A stretch of DNA of 64,000 bases, taken from contig JBAXSC010000001.1 in assembly GCA_037130925.1 (NCBI GenBank), positions 26,896 through 90,895 on the forward strand, read 5' to 3'. Origin of the DNA: Candidatus Nomurabacteria bacterium (GTDB taxonomy: Bacteria; Patescibacteriota; Minisyncoccia; Phycocordibacterales; UBA5272). The notes below the pieces were generated by a model, which was not told where the DNA came from, did not search any database, and saw nothing but the letters and a program-made list of their open reading frames with translations. A program made the translations under genes and the position numbers. This document shows, one piece after another, positions 28,219 through 37,313 of the stretch (positions are counted from its first letter, which is position 1; each line of letters opens with the position of its first letter).

Positions 28219-29064
28219 ATGAATAAAAAACAAATAATAATATCTACAGTTAGTATTGTTATTTTATTTGTGACAGTTATATTCTTTTTGAGAAATAGTA
28301 TAAATAATATTTCTTCTTTAAAGATTCCATTTATTGTAAATGCTTCTTCTGGTATTATAGAAAATTCTTCTACAACATTATCAAAAGATTTATCCCGATA
28401 TGTCGAAGTCATTGATGGTTGTAATCCATATTTTGTTGGTGAATGTGTAAATATGAGAAATGGGCCAGGGACAGAATATCCTGTCGTTGTACATCTTCGT
28501 ACAGGGGTTGTTTTAAGAGTTTCTGGGACGGTTACTCAAAATGGATCTACTTGGTATAAAATTGAATTTGCTCATGACCTTCTTTATCCAGAAAGAGTAA
28601 AAGGTGACTGGTATGTGAATGCACAATTTGTAGAGCTTATCACAAATGAAACTGATCATGAATTAACTAAAGGTGAAATTGTAAATACTGCAAAAAGAAT
28701 TGTTGTGGATGTGTCAGAACAAAAGCTTTATGCATATGATGGTGATAAATTATTTATGGAAGAATCTATTTCTACAGGTCTAGAATTTACTCCTACTCCA
28801 CGTGGAATATTTACAGTGTTTAAAATGACTCCAAGTAGATTCATGCAAGGTCCCACTCCTGGTGTCAGTGATCAAGTTTATGATCTTCCTGGTGTTCCTT
28901 GGGATTTATATTTTACTTCTGATGGTGCTGTCATTCATGGTGCATATTGGCATGATCATTTTGGTAAACCCTGGTCTCATGGATGTGTAAATCTTTCTCC
29001 CCAAAATGCAAAAAAACTTTATGATTGGGCTGTAGTAGGAATAAAAGTTACTGTTCAAAATTAA
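28219..29064 (+). CDS. L,D-transpeptidase (YkuD) with an SH3b-like domain
   Basis: C-terminal HGCVNLS catalytic motif and an N-terminal TM anchor. Confidence 0.8.
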   Translation: MNKKQIIISTVSIVILFVTVIFFLRNSINNISSLKIPFIVNASSGIIENSSTTLSKDLSRYVEVIDGCNPYFVGECVNMRNGPGTEYPVVVHLRTGVVLRVSGTVTQNGSTWYKIEFAHDLLYPERVKGDWYVNAQFVELITNETDHELTKGEIVNTAKRIVVDVSEQKLYAYDGDKLFMEESISTGLEFTPTPRGIFTVFKMTPSRFMQGPTPGVSDQVYDLPGVPWDLYFTSDGAVIHGAYWHDHFGKPWSHGCVNLSPQNAKKLYDWAVVGIKVTVQN

Positions 29065-29074
29065 GGTTTATATC

Positions 29075-29683
29075 TTGATTGTTAAGAAGGTCCTTGCAAT
29101 ATTAACTGTATCTGCCATGATGAATCATATGATATTTAATATACCTACATTTACCACAAGTATTCCAATTGCTCCAATTTCTAATACTGTTCCTGAGATA
29201 CCTTTCTATTCTCAGTTTCAAGATATACATGCGATATCTTGGCAAAAAGTTGGATGTGGAATTACAAGTCTTGCTATGATTATAGATTATTATTCTACGG
29301 ATTCAATTTCTGTAGATAGTTTATTAAAAGAAGGGATCACAAAAGGAGCTTATGATAAAAATGCTGGATGGATACATCAGGGTCTAATTTCTTTATCTAA
29401 TAAATATGGATTACAAGGGAGTGGTTATGATGTATCATCTCTCAGTAAAGAAAAAGCTTTTTCTAAACTAGAATCATATTTAATAAATGGTCCTGTTATG
29501 GTTTCTGTTCATTATAAGTTTAATCCAAAAAGTTCTATACCTCATATTGTTGTGCTTGATGGTATTAAAGATGATATTATTTATTATAATGATCCAGCCG
29601 CCAAGGTTGGCCAAAAGACAATTTCTATTGCAGATTTTCAAAAAGGCTGGAAAGATAAATTTATTGTTATTAGACCGGTTTAA
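29075..29683 (+). CDS. Peptidase C39-like domain protein
   Basis: YSQFQD...WQKVGCGITSLAMII is typical of Peptidase_C39_2. TTG start is assumed. Confidence 0.55.
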   Translation: MIVKKVLAILTVSAMMNHMIFNIPTFTTSIPIAPISNTVPEIPFYSQFQDIHAISWQKVGCGITSLAMIIDYYSTDSISVDSLLKEGITKGAYDKNAGWIHQGLISLSNKYGLQGSGYDVSSLSKEKAFSKLESYLINGPVMVSVHYKFNPKSSIPHIVVLDGIKDDIIYYNDPAAKVGQKTISIADFQKGWKDKFIVIRPV

Positions 29684-29710
29684 AAATAATACATGGTATC
29701 ATATCTTTAT

Positions 29711-29869
29711 ATGATAAAAGGAAATTTTTTAGGTGCTGCAATTATTGCAATAATATATACAATTTATATTGTATGGAATCCTATTTCTACACGTCTCCAT
29801 ACAGTTTTAGTATTAGTTATTTTGAATGTTTTAGTTATTATATTAATGTCTTTTGCATTTAAACAATAA
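29711..29869 (+). CDS. Possible small membrane protein (52 aa)
   Basis: ATG ORF with two hydrophobic helices. Below the track cutoff. Confidence 0.3.
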   Translation: MIKGNFLGAAIIAIIYTIYIVWNPISTRLHTVLVLVILNVLVIILMSFAFKQ

Positions 29870-29891
29870 ATATTTAATTTTATAAGTGATA

Positions 29892-29985
29892 TTGATAAAT
29901 ATGACTGAATATATTCAGACATATTTTAGTTGTTGTATTTTATTAATTTCTTGATGGGGGTTGAGGGAAGTTAGTTAAATTTATT
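29892..29985 (+). repeat. Degenerate leader-module remnant (copy g) with no downstream ORF
   Basis: TTGATA, then a 14-nt perfect palindrome ctgaatatattcag with no -10 between the arms, tttagttgttg, and a weak hairpin around tttcttgatggggg. Confidence 0.4.
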
Positions 29986-29997
29986 TTTTTACAAAAA

Positions 29998-30029
29998 CAA
30001 ACCCATCAAAATTTTATTTTGATGGGTTT
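29998..30029. terminator. Intrinsic terminator for the minus-strand gene
   Basis: aaacccatcaaaa/ttttgatgggttt 13-bp stem. Confidence 0.7.
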
Positions 30030-30050
30030 AAGTTTTATAAATAGTAATTA

Positions 30051-30758
30051 TTATTTAGCTAATTTTTTGAGAGCTTTAATATCTTTTTTGAAAGCTGAAA
30101 TGTCAGATTGTAGAGTTATTCTTATTCCTTTTGCTTGAGCGAAAATATTTTCATTTGAAGCGATGATAGTCTTGTCACCATTATCTATTTTTAATGTTGA
30201 AATTAAATTTAAATAATTTGTTGCTTGTAGACTTGCATCAGCTAATTTTGTTGAAGCGTCAGATAATGTTGTAGAAGCTGTTGTTAATGTGACTAGTTTA
30301 GTTTTTAAATTTGCTAGAGTCGTAGAGGCATCATTTAATTCAGAAACTATTTTGTCTATTTTTGCTACAGCTGTTTCTTGTGGTATTACAACTGAATAAA
30401 TTCTATTATCTTTAAATATTGCAGAATAATCTGCTTTTGCAGAAACTAGATCTGTCTCACTATCGATCTTAGTTTTAAGTGTATTTAAATTTGTTATAGA
30501 AGTATTTAATGCTGATACAATTTTACTTGTCTCATCAGATGATAAATGTTTATAACTTCCTATTTTTGTAATAGTTTTATTTAAAGAATTTATTCTTTTT
30601 GTAATTTCTTTGTCTGATTTTGTTATTATCTTTTGAACATTTTTTGGTATAGAAATACTACTTGTGGCTATCGTTGTGCTAGCTACTTGCGCATTAGCTA
30701 AAGCTAAAAATGTAATACCTATTAATGCTGAAGATATTAAAATTTTTTTAATTTTCAT
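30051..30758 (-). CDS. Secreted Ala/Thr/Ser-rich coiled-coil protein
   Basis: Signal peptide ending ALANA and repeated TxLxxLKTK-type heptads. Confidence 0.5.
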   Translation of the reverse strand: MKIKKILISSALIGITFLALANAQVASTTIATSSISIPKNVQKIITKSDKEITKRINSLNKTITKIGSYKHLSSDETSKIVSALNTSITNLNTLKTKIDSETDLVSAKADYSAIFKDNRIYSVVIPQETAVAKIDKIVSELNDASTTLANLKTKLVTLTTASTTLSDASTKLADASLQATNYLNLISTLKIDNGDKTIIASNENIFAQAKGIRITLQSDISAFKKDIKALKKLAK

Positions 30759-30986
30759 ATTTTATTATTTAGTTATTAATTTTAATAAAAAGATATTCAA
30801 TATTGTCTGAATATATAAAATTATTATAATATAAAAACATTATTTTTATAAAACTATCTTAACAAAGATTTAACATTTATTTTTTTTAATATTTACAAGG
30901 TCCTTATTTTGTAATATTTTTAATATTTAAATGTATTATAATTTAAGAAGTCTTATTTTAGACTTTGTTAATATATAAATAAAATT

Positions 30987-31274
30987 ATGACAGAAGAAAA
31001 AATGAATTCAAAATGTGGAGAATGTTGTGGTAAATATGGTAATGGTGGACATCATGGACCAATAGGATTGGTATTTAAAGTGTTAAAAATTATTATCATG
31101 ATCGCTATTGCGGTTATTCTTGTAAAAGTAGCTGTAAATTTTGATCATCCAGGTAGAGGATTTTCTAGAGAAGGTCAAAGATTTTCTCAAGACAGAGGAA
31201 TGACTAGATTTGATGATATTTCAGCATCATCTACTCCTGTTCAAGCTTTATCTACAACTACAATAAAAAAATAA
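30987..31274 (+). CDS. Small membrane protein with a Cys/Gly/His-rich N-terminus
   Basis: CGECCGKYGNGGHHG followed by one TM helix. Confidence 0.45.
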   Translation: MTEEKMNSKCGECCGKYGNGGHHGPIGLVFKVLKIIIMIAIAVILVKVAVNFDHPGRGFSREGQRFSQDRGMTRFDDISASSTPVQALSTTTIKK

Positions 31275-31302
31275 GTTTTACTTATTAATTTATAAAAAAA
31301 AT

Positions 31303-31332
31303 AAAACCAGTATTTTTACTGGTTTTATTTTT
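31303..31332. terminator. Terminator, identical copy of the one at 26754
   Basis: Same aaaaccagt-attttt-actggtttt sequence. Confidence 0.7.
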
Positions 31333-31344
31333 TTTATTTAACTT

Positions 31345-31848
31345 TTATTTTGTAATAGTCATATTCATAACAACATGATTTGAATATCCTAAAACTTCAG
31401 GATTTAGCATTCCTGCTATCATTGCGATATGTGCAACAACTAGAAAGATTGCTACAAGTATTGCATGTAGTTTTAATTTTTCATTTTGATTTTTCTTTTT
31501 TCCAATTATTCCCATTTCTAGCAAAGCCATTCCCACTAAAGGTATAATACCTAATAGATAAGACGATACTGCTATAAAGTCAGCAGGGCCACGCCATGAT
31601 CCTGTGAGTGTGATAGGAATAAAAGCATTTTTCATTAAATAGATAAATACACCTAAAAAGTATATTCCTACTATTATGCTAGATATTTTATTTATTTTAG
31701 TTGCTAATATATTATTTTGTCTTGTGAATAAAATGTATAATTCTGTGACAGTTATAGTCTCGGCAAGTATTACTGGTATAGCCATGAATAAAATAAGATT
31801 CCAAGGTTGATTGGTAGCTAAAAGCTCCATGTAGTGTGTCATTGTCAT
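31345..31848 (-). CDS. Hypothetical polytopic membrane protein
   Basis: 5 hydrophobic helices. Confidence 0.5.
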   Translation of the reverse strand: MTMTHYMELLATNQPWNLILFMAIPVILAETITVTELYILFTRQNNILATKINKISSIIVGIYFLGVFIYLMKNAFIPITLTGSWRGPADFIAVSSYLLGIIPLVGMALLEMGIIGKKKNQNEKLKLHAILVAIFLVVAHIAMIAGMLNPEVLGYSNHVVMNMTITK

Positions 31849-31877
31849 AAGTTTGATTAAATTTATATTAATATATT

Positions 31878-32285
31878 TTAATAAACTTTAGTATTTAAAA
31901 TTCCTTTAGAAAATAAATGAGTTAATATTATCGGAATCTTGTATTCTTTTTGATTTTTCAGATAAAAGATTTTAAATAAATAAAATAAAGAGAAATAAAA
32001 AGTTAGTAAAATTATTTTCATTAAAAATGAATTTGCAAATAAATTATTAAAATTCAAATAATTAAGATTGATTAAATCTGTAGTTTTTTTATAAGAAATA
32101 TTGCAAAGAATATTTTCTCCAAATACAAAAGGGCAGTTTTCTTTTGTTTGTCCCATATCATGATTTTTATTCATTTCTGTTATATGTGCTGGTATGAATA
32201 TTGATAAACTAAAATAGGATATTAAAATAGTCAGGATTATAAAAAAAGTATGTAATTTTTTTATTTTCATTTTATTATTATACAT
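31878..32285 (-). CDS. Hypothetical membrane protein
   Basis: N- and C-terminal TM helices, likely co-transcribed with 31345-31848. Confidence 0.45.
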   Translation of the reverse strand: MYNNKMKIKKLHTFFIILTILISYFSLSIFIPAHITEMNKNHDMGQTKENCPFVFGENILCNISYKKTTDLINLNYLNFNNLFANSFLMKIILLTFYFSLFYLFKIFYLKNQKEYKIPIILTHLFSKGILNTKVY

Positions 32286-32409
32286 TGTTTTTGGTTTTGT
32301 CTCAATATATGTTAATTTTATTAGAATTATTTTCTAAACTATTTTACTTGACAAATAAAACAGTATATGATATACTCTTATTAGTTTTTAATTATTAAAA
32401 TCATTTATC

Positions 32410-32682
32410 ATGGATATCAAGTATGTTTTAGTAACGATCTTTGTGATCTTATTAGTTTTATTTTTTGTTTTTTATTTCATGTATCTTTCAAGAAATAAAA
32501 GAAGAGAGAAAGAAAATAAAAAATTTAACAAAAAAATTGAAGAGTCTATTGTTATTGAGCAGGAAAAAAATAAAATTCTTGATCGAAAGTTAGAAGAAAT
32601 AGATGAAAAATTGAAAGCCTTCAAAAAAGAAGGCCAGTATGTGATTCAAGATTTTAATAAAAGTACTTATGACTATAAGTGA
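32410..32682 (+). CDS. Small membrane-anchored charged protein
   Basis: N-terminal TM helix plus a Lys/Glu-rich helix. TTGACA - 17 nt - TATACT promoter upstream. Confidence 0.45.
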   Translation: MDIKYVLVTIFVILLVLFFVFYFMYLSRNKRREKENKKFNKKIEESIVIEQEKNKILDRKLEEIDEKLKAFKKEGQYVIQDFNKSTYDYK

Positions 32683-32763
32683 TAAGTTGCTTTTGTTTTA
32701 TTCTGAGCTGTGCCTATTTATTTAGGCGCAGTTTTTTTATTTTTAAATAAAAATAAAAGGAGC

Positions 32764-33300
32764 TTAAAATAAGCTCCTTAAAAAATTGATTAATGTGTTC
32801 AATAAAAACGCAGAGGGAGTCAGGGCAATAGTGGACATTATCACACTCATTAGAAAATATATTTTAATTTTCCAACCTTTCATACCGTCATATAAATAGA
32901 ATCCTTTTCTAAAATATATAACAAATATTGACGGGTCCCAACTCAGTAATACTAAAAGAAGTAAAACTTTTCCTGATACTTTTCCTCCCATTTTTAATAA
33001 CTTTGTTATTTTTTTTGTGGCTAGACTATTATCTTTTTCATCTAATTCCAGATTTTCGAATTTTGCTTTTTTGAAAGCTTCGATTGAAAACCAGTCATCT
33101 TTAAAATAGTCATATAGTTTAATTCCTATATAAAAAGCTATTAAAGAAGTAACAGACATTATTTTTATTGTTAATAAATAATTTCCTGTATGGTGAGTTA
33201 GATACAAAAACATTATAGTTGTAGGACCATTTATAGCACGATTAATCAAAAATTTTTTTAAAAAAGAATTCTTTTTGATTTCTGTTTCCAATTTGTACAA
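32764..33300 (-). CDS. Hypothetical membrane protein (start uncertain, TTG)
   Basis: 4 hydrophobic helices. Confidence 0.4.
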   Translation of the reverse strand: MYKLETEIKKNSFLKKFLINRAINGPTTIMFLYLTHHTGNYLLTIKIMSVTSLIAFYIGIKLYDYFKDDWFSIEAFKKAKFENLELDEKDNSLATKKITKLLKMGGKVSGKVLLLLVLLSWDPSIFVIYFRKGFYLYDGMKGWKIKIYFLMSVIMSTIALTPSAFLLNTLINFLRSLF

Positions 33301-33386
33301 TTTTATTGTTTATGATTTTGTTTTTACTTGTCTCATACTACTATAAAAGGGGATATTAGTAAATGAATCTTTATTATATTTATTAC

Positions 33387-33533
33387 TTGACTTAATTTAT
33401 CAAATATGCTAGACTATATATAGTTATAAATTCTTTGATATTTTAATTTGATTGTTATTTTGTTTAGATCTTTTAGTTTCTTTATGGAGATTAAAAGATC
33501 TAAATAAATATTTTTTAACAACAAATCAATTTT
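33387..33533 (+). promoter_or_regulatory. Promoter plus structured leader module, copy d
   Basis: TTGACT - 17 nt - TAGACT (with TGC). Hairpin 33463-33504 (tttagatctttt/aaaagatctaaa). Loop agtttctttatggagatt. Confidence 0.6.
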
Positions 33534-33971
33534 ATGAATTCATTAAATGTAAGTCAGTTATTAGGGGTATTAGAAATATCTTTAATGTTATCATTAGTTT
33601 TCTTTATTTTTTTATATTTTAGAAATAAAGATATAAAAGTGAAATTAAAAAAAGCAGAGGAAAACCTGGGTAGACCGTGTCTTTTAAAGGAAGTTGCGGT
33701 AAAAATCTTTAATTTGTTTGATGATAGTAAACCTTCGAATATTTTCTATCTTAATTCTTGTGTTTTAAGCAAAAAGAGCGAAGAAGATAAAGAATTTACT
33801 TATTTCAAACATGGAACAGGATTAATTTCTAATCCTGATTATAAATACAGTCCTATTTATACAGAATTACTATTTAAATTTGAAGAAATAATTGAACCTG
33901 ATTCGTTATATATTTTAAGATATGACGAAAGTATTCAGAAAAATTATTTGGAAAAGGTTAAAACTTCTTAA
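33534..33971 (+). CDS. Hypothetical protein with an N-terminal TM helix (ORFan)
   Basis: ATG after leader d, followed by hairpins and a T run. Confidence 0.5.
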   Translation: MNSLNVSQLLGVLEISLMLSLVFFIFLYFRNKDIKVKLKKAEENLGRPCLLKEVAVKIFNLFDDSKPSNIFYLNSCVLSKKSEEDKEFTYFKHGTGLISNPDYKYSPIYTELLFKFEEIIEPDSLYILRYDESIQKNYLEKVKTS

Positions 33972-34071
33972 GTGGATTTATCCACTTGGGCAGGGTTAGT
34001 GAGCAGCGGGTCGATCGAAAGATTGGCCTGTTTTTTTATTTTAAAAAATTATTTGAGTTATAATATTTAAT

Positions 34072-34578
34072 ATGCGTATATCTATTATAGGACATTCGGG
34101 TAGTGGTAAAACTATTTTAGCTAATAAGATTAGTAAAAAACTTAATATTCCTTATATGGAAATAGATAGACTTTGGTTTGAATCTAGGGGAAATAAAGTG
34201 AACGGAAATAATGAAGACGAGAAAAATAAAGTAAGATCTTATATGAAAGAAAAAGTTTTAAATTTTATTGAACAAGATTCTTGGGTTTCTGATGGATGGT
34301 ATTCAAAACTTCAACCTTTTATTTCTGAAAAAGCAGATCTTATTATTTTTTTAGATATATCACTTTATCGTCGTTTATTTAATCATCTTAAAAGAATATT
34401 TGGAAAAGATAAACATAGAGAACTTACAAAATGGGATGATATAAAACATTTTTATTCTATAGTGAGAGGACATTTAATTATGGATAAAAATATCAGAGAT
34501 TTTGCTAATAAATATTCAGATAAAGTTAAAATTTTTAAAAATTATAAAGAATTAGAAAAATTTGTAGAAAGTTTATAA
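34072..34578 (+). CDS. P-loop NTPase, adenylate-kinase/topology-modulation-like
   Basis: MRISIIGHSGSGKTILANKIS Walker A at the N-terminus; ~168 aa. Confidence 0.6.
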   Translation: MRISIIGHSGSGKTILANKISKKLNIPYMEIDRLWFESRGNKVNGNNEDEKNKVRSYMKEKVLNFIEQDSWVSDGWYSKLQPFISEKADLIIFLDISLYRRLFNHLKRIFGKDKHRELTKWDDIKHFYSIVRGHLIMDKNIRDFANKYSDKVKIFKNYKELEKFVESL

Positions 34579-34646
34579 TTATATTATAAAAAATAAAAAC
34601 CCCTTTTGACGGGGGGTTTTTATTAAATTAATTTTAATTAATTTAA

Positions 34647-34769
34647 TTATGCTACTACTTCAGCATCTTTTACTTCTTCAACTTCCTCTGTTACTTCTAC
34701 AGGAGCTTCTACTTCTGTAGCTTCTGTTGGAGTTTCAATAACTTCTTCTGTTTTGATTTCTTCTTCCAT
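34647..34769 (-). CDS. Possible small highly acidic protein (40 aa)
   Basis: ATG ORF MEEEIKTEEVIETPTEATEVEAP... below the track cutoff. Weak support. Confidence 0.25.
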   Translation of the reverse strand: MEEEIKTEEVIETPTEATEVEAPVEVTEEVEEVKDAEVVA

Positions 34770-34893
34770 ATTTTTATTTTAAAATTAATTTGTTAATAAG
34801 CTATTGTAACACACATTATCAAAATATCCACATAAAAATAAAAAGCATTATTTACAAAATAAATTTCATAAATAATGCCTTGTAAATGTAGTT

Positions 34894-35112
34894 TTAATTC
34901 CAGTACAAATGTTCTATTTTAAAGAAAATTCCTTTTTTGTTTAAAATAGAGTCGGGGTTACTTTTCATGCTATTCATAGCAGTCTCGGCTCTTTTTACAT
35001 CTGGATAACCGTGCTGTGGTTGTCCGTCAATCTTCTGTTGAGTGTATTCTTTCGTTTTTCCTTTTACTAGGATAATCTGCATTATAAAATGCCCAAATTT
35101 TAATTCTGCCAT
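34894..35112 (-). CDS. Hypothetical small protein
   Basis: ORF with a TTGACT - 17 nt - TATTAT promoter upstream on the minus strand. Confidence 0.4.
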   Translation of the reverse strand: MAELKFGHFIMQIILVKGKTKEYTQQKIDGQPQHGYPDVKRAETAMNSMKSNPDSILNKKGIFFKIEHLYWN

Positions 35113-35218
35113 AATACTAAGTTTTAATTAATGAACAATATTTGCATATTATAATAATTTATTAAGAAAAATAAGTCAATATATTTTAAGTAGGTATAAA
35201 TGTTATAATTACTAAATT

Positions 35219-35698
35219 ATGAAAAATCATCCAGAAACAACAGTTGGTCATATACATTTAACAGTCTCAGATTTAGATAGGGCTTTAACTTTTTATAGAG
35301 ATTTACTTGGTTTTGAAATATCTGCTAGATATGGAGATTCTGCAGTTTTTCTTTCTGCTGGTGGATATCATCACCATATTGGATTGAATACTTGGTCAGG
35401 AAAAAATGCTACACCCTCACCAGAGGGTCATGCTGGCATGTATCATGTAGCTTTTCTTTATCCAAATAGAAAAGAACTAGCAAGGGTTTTAAAACATATA
35501 ATAGAGTCTGGGTATCCAATTGACGGAGCTGCTGATCATGGAGTATCAGAGGCGATATATTTGCGTGATCCAGATAATAATGGGGTTGAAATATATGTTG
35601 ATAGACCAAAAGATACTTGGAAAGTTTCTAATGATGGTATGGTAGAAATGATAACAGAGACTTTAGATTTTGAATCTTTATTAAGAGAAATCGATTAA
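35219..35698 (+). CDS. VOC (glyoxalase/extradiol dioxygenase) family protein
   Basis: VGHIHLTVSDLDRALTFYRDLLGFE and a second beta-alpha-beta module. Confidence 0.75.
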   Translation: MKNHPETTVGHIHLTVSDLDRALTFYRDLLGFEISARYGDSAVFLSAGGYHHHIGLNTWSGKNATPSPEGHAGMYHVAFLYPNRKELARVLKHIIESGYPIDGAADHGVSEAIYLRDPDNNGVEIYVDRPKDTWKVSNDGMVEMITETLDFESLLREID

Positions 35699-35702
35699 AA
35701 AT

Positions 35703-35728
35703 AAAAACCAGTAAATTTACTGGTTTTT
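35703..35728. terminator. Bidirectional terminator of the aaaaaccagt/actggttttt family
   Basis: Palindrome between convergent genes. Confidence 0.7.
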
Positions 35729-35754
35729 ATTTAATATATTTTTATTTTTAAAAA

Positions 35755-37170
35755 TTATTTTGCTGTAGATACAACAAGTGTATTTGTTAATCCTGATTTT
35801 GTTCCAAAAGGAATGCCTGCTGAAATAACAATTCTATCTCCAGCTTCTACTATTTTTTGTGTTTTTAAATAAGTGTTAATAACTTTCTCTGCTTCTTCTA
35901 GGGTTCTAAATTTTTTAATAATTAATGGATAACACCCATAAGAAAGTATTAGTTGTTTTGCAATATGCTCATGAGGGGTAATTGTTAAAATAGGTTGCTG
36001 TGGTCTATATCTTGCGATAAGTCTTGGTGTTGTGCCAGACATTGTCATTGATACAATAACTTTCGCTTTAACATCTTCTGCGATATGTACTATTGACGAA
36101 GAGATAGAGTCTACAAGACTATCATGGTGTACCTTAAATCTGTTATGTGTACCAATTTCTTGCTCTACTTCTAAAGCAACTCTTACCATTGTTGAGACAG
36201 CTTCGACAGGGAATGAGCCAAGAGCTGTTTCTTCTGAAAGCATGACAGCATCAGCACCATCAAAAATAGCATTCGCTACATCAGATACTTCAGCACGAGT
36301 CGGAACTGGTGTATTTATCATTGATTCGAGCATTTGTGTTGCTACTATGACAGGCTTTCCTAATTCATTACATTTTCTAATAATCATTTTTTGTGCATTT
36401 GGTACTCTTTCTGGACCGATCTCTACTGCAAGATCTCCTCTAGCCACCATGACCGCATCTGTAGTTTCAATAATTGAGTCTATATTTTGTAGAGCTTCTT
36501 CTGTCTCTATTTTTGAAATTATAATTTGATTTCCCCCATGAGATTTAATTAACTCTCTCAAGATTTCAATATCTTTTCCTGTTCTTACAAAAGATAATGC
36601 GATAATATCTACGCCCATTTTAATTCCAAATTCTAGATCAGCTTTATCTTTTTCTGTAATTGCAGAAATTGAAAGATATGCTCCAGGAATATTTACTCCA
36701 CGTCGAGATTTCATTTTTCCTCCAACATCTACATGTGTATAGATATCTGTACCGATAACTTTCGTAACAGTTAATTTTTTTCTTCCATCGTCGAGCATTA
36801 AAACCTGTCCTTCTTTAATATCTTTTTTAATATTGGGATAATTAAAGTATACTTTTGTTGAGTCTCCTTCACATTTTTTACCTGATAAAATAAATTCTTG
36901 CCCTTCTACTATTTCTGCGAAACCTTCTTTGAAATCACCAATTCTTATTTTTGGTCCTGAGAGATCAAGTAGTAATGCAATGTCTACTTTCTCTTTTTTT
37001 GCTACAGCTTTGATAGTTTTTATTCTTTTAGAATGTTCTTCATGATCACCGTGACTCATGTTTGAACGAGTCACATTTACTCCTGCATGAAAAAGCTTTG
37101 CTAATGTTTCTGGTTTTTCGGAACCAGGACCGATAGTTGCTACTATTTTTGTTTTTCTAGATGTGTGCAT
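35755..37170 (-). CDS. pyk: Pyruvate kinase
   Basis: TKIVATIGPGS, NMSHGDHEEH, MVARGDLAVEI. Confidence 0.92.
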   Translation of the reverse strand: MHTSRKTKIVATIGPGSEKPETLAKLFHAGVNVTRSNMSHGDHEEHSKRIKTIKAVAKKEKVDIALLLDLSGPKIRIGDFKEGFAEIVEGQEFILSGKKCEGDSTKVYFNYPNIKKDIKEGQVLMLDDGRKKLTVTKVIGTDIYTHVDVGGKMKSRRGVNIPGAYLSISAITEKDKADLEFGIKMGVDIIALSFVRTGKDIEILRELIKSHGGNQIIISKIETEEALQNIDSIIETTDAVMVARGDLAVEIGPERVPNAQKMIIRKCNELGKPVIVATQMLESMINTPVPTRAEVSDVANAIFDGADAVMLSEETALGSFPVEAVSTMVRVALEVEQEIGTHNRFKVHHDSLVDSISSSIVHIAEDVKAKVIVSMTMSGTTPRLIARYRPQQPILTITPHEHIAKQLILSYGCYPLIIKKFRTLEEAEKVINTYLKTQKIVEAGDRIVISAGIPFGTKSGLTNTLVVSTAK

Positions 37171-37313
37171 TGTTTTATTTTATCTTACTTAAATTTTAAA
37201 GTTTGATTATAGCATAAGACTTTATTTTTTAAATAATTTAAAGGAGTTTCTAAAAGAAAATATGTTATTATGTATATAACTTATTAATTTGTGTGAGCTA
37301 ATTTATCAATTCT

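Noticed and set aside
28134-28412. 92-aa minus-strand ORF
   Set aside because: It overlaps the promoter and N-terminal TM region of the L,D-transpeptidase gene, with no supporting signals.
34880-35700. Apparently higher GC in the VOC-family gene region, as a sign of horizontal transfer
   Set aside because: This is a judgement by eye only and I could not compute it. The promoters and terminator are native-style (TTGACT - 17 nt - TATTAT and the aaaaccagt-family terminator). The evidence is insufficient.
36032-36529. 165-aa ORF antisense to pyruvate kinase. Similar antisense or alternate-frame ORFs occur at 818-1088, 1567-1788, 20091-20351, 20638-21438, 24438-24941, 39554-39748, 46774-46962, 52268-52537, 52935-53180, 53314-53952, 54758-55134, 55526-55717 and 60424-60606.
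   Set aside because: All are nested in longer ORFs that have clear homology or better coding character, and have odd composition. They are shadow ORFs.
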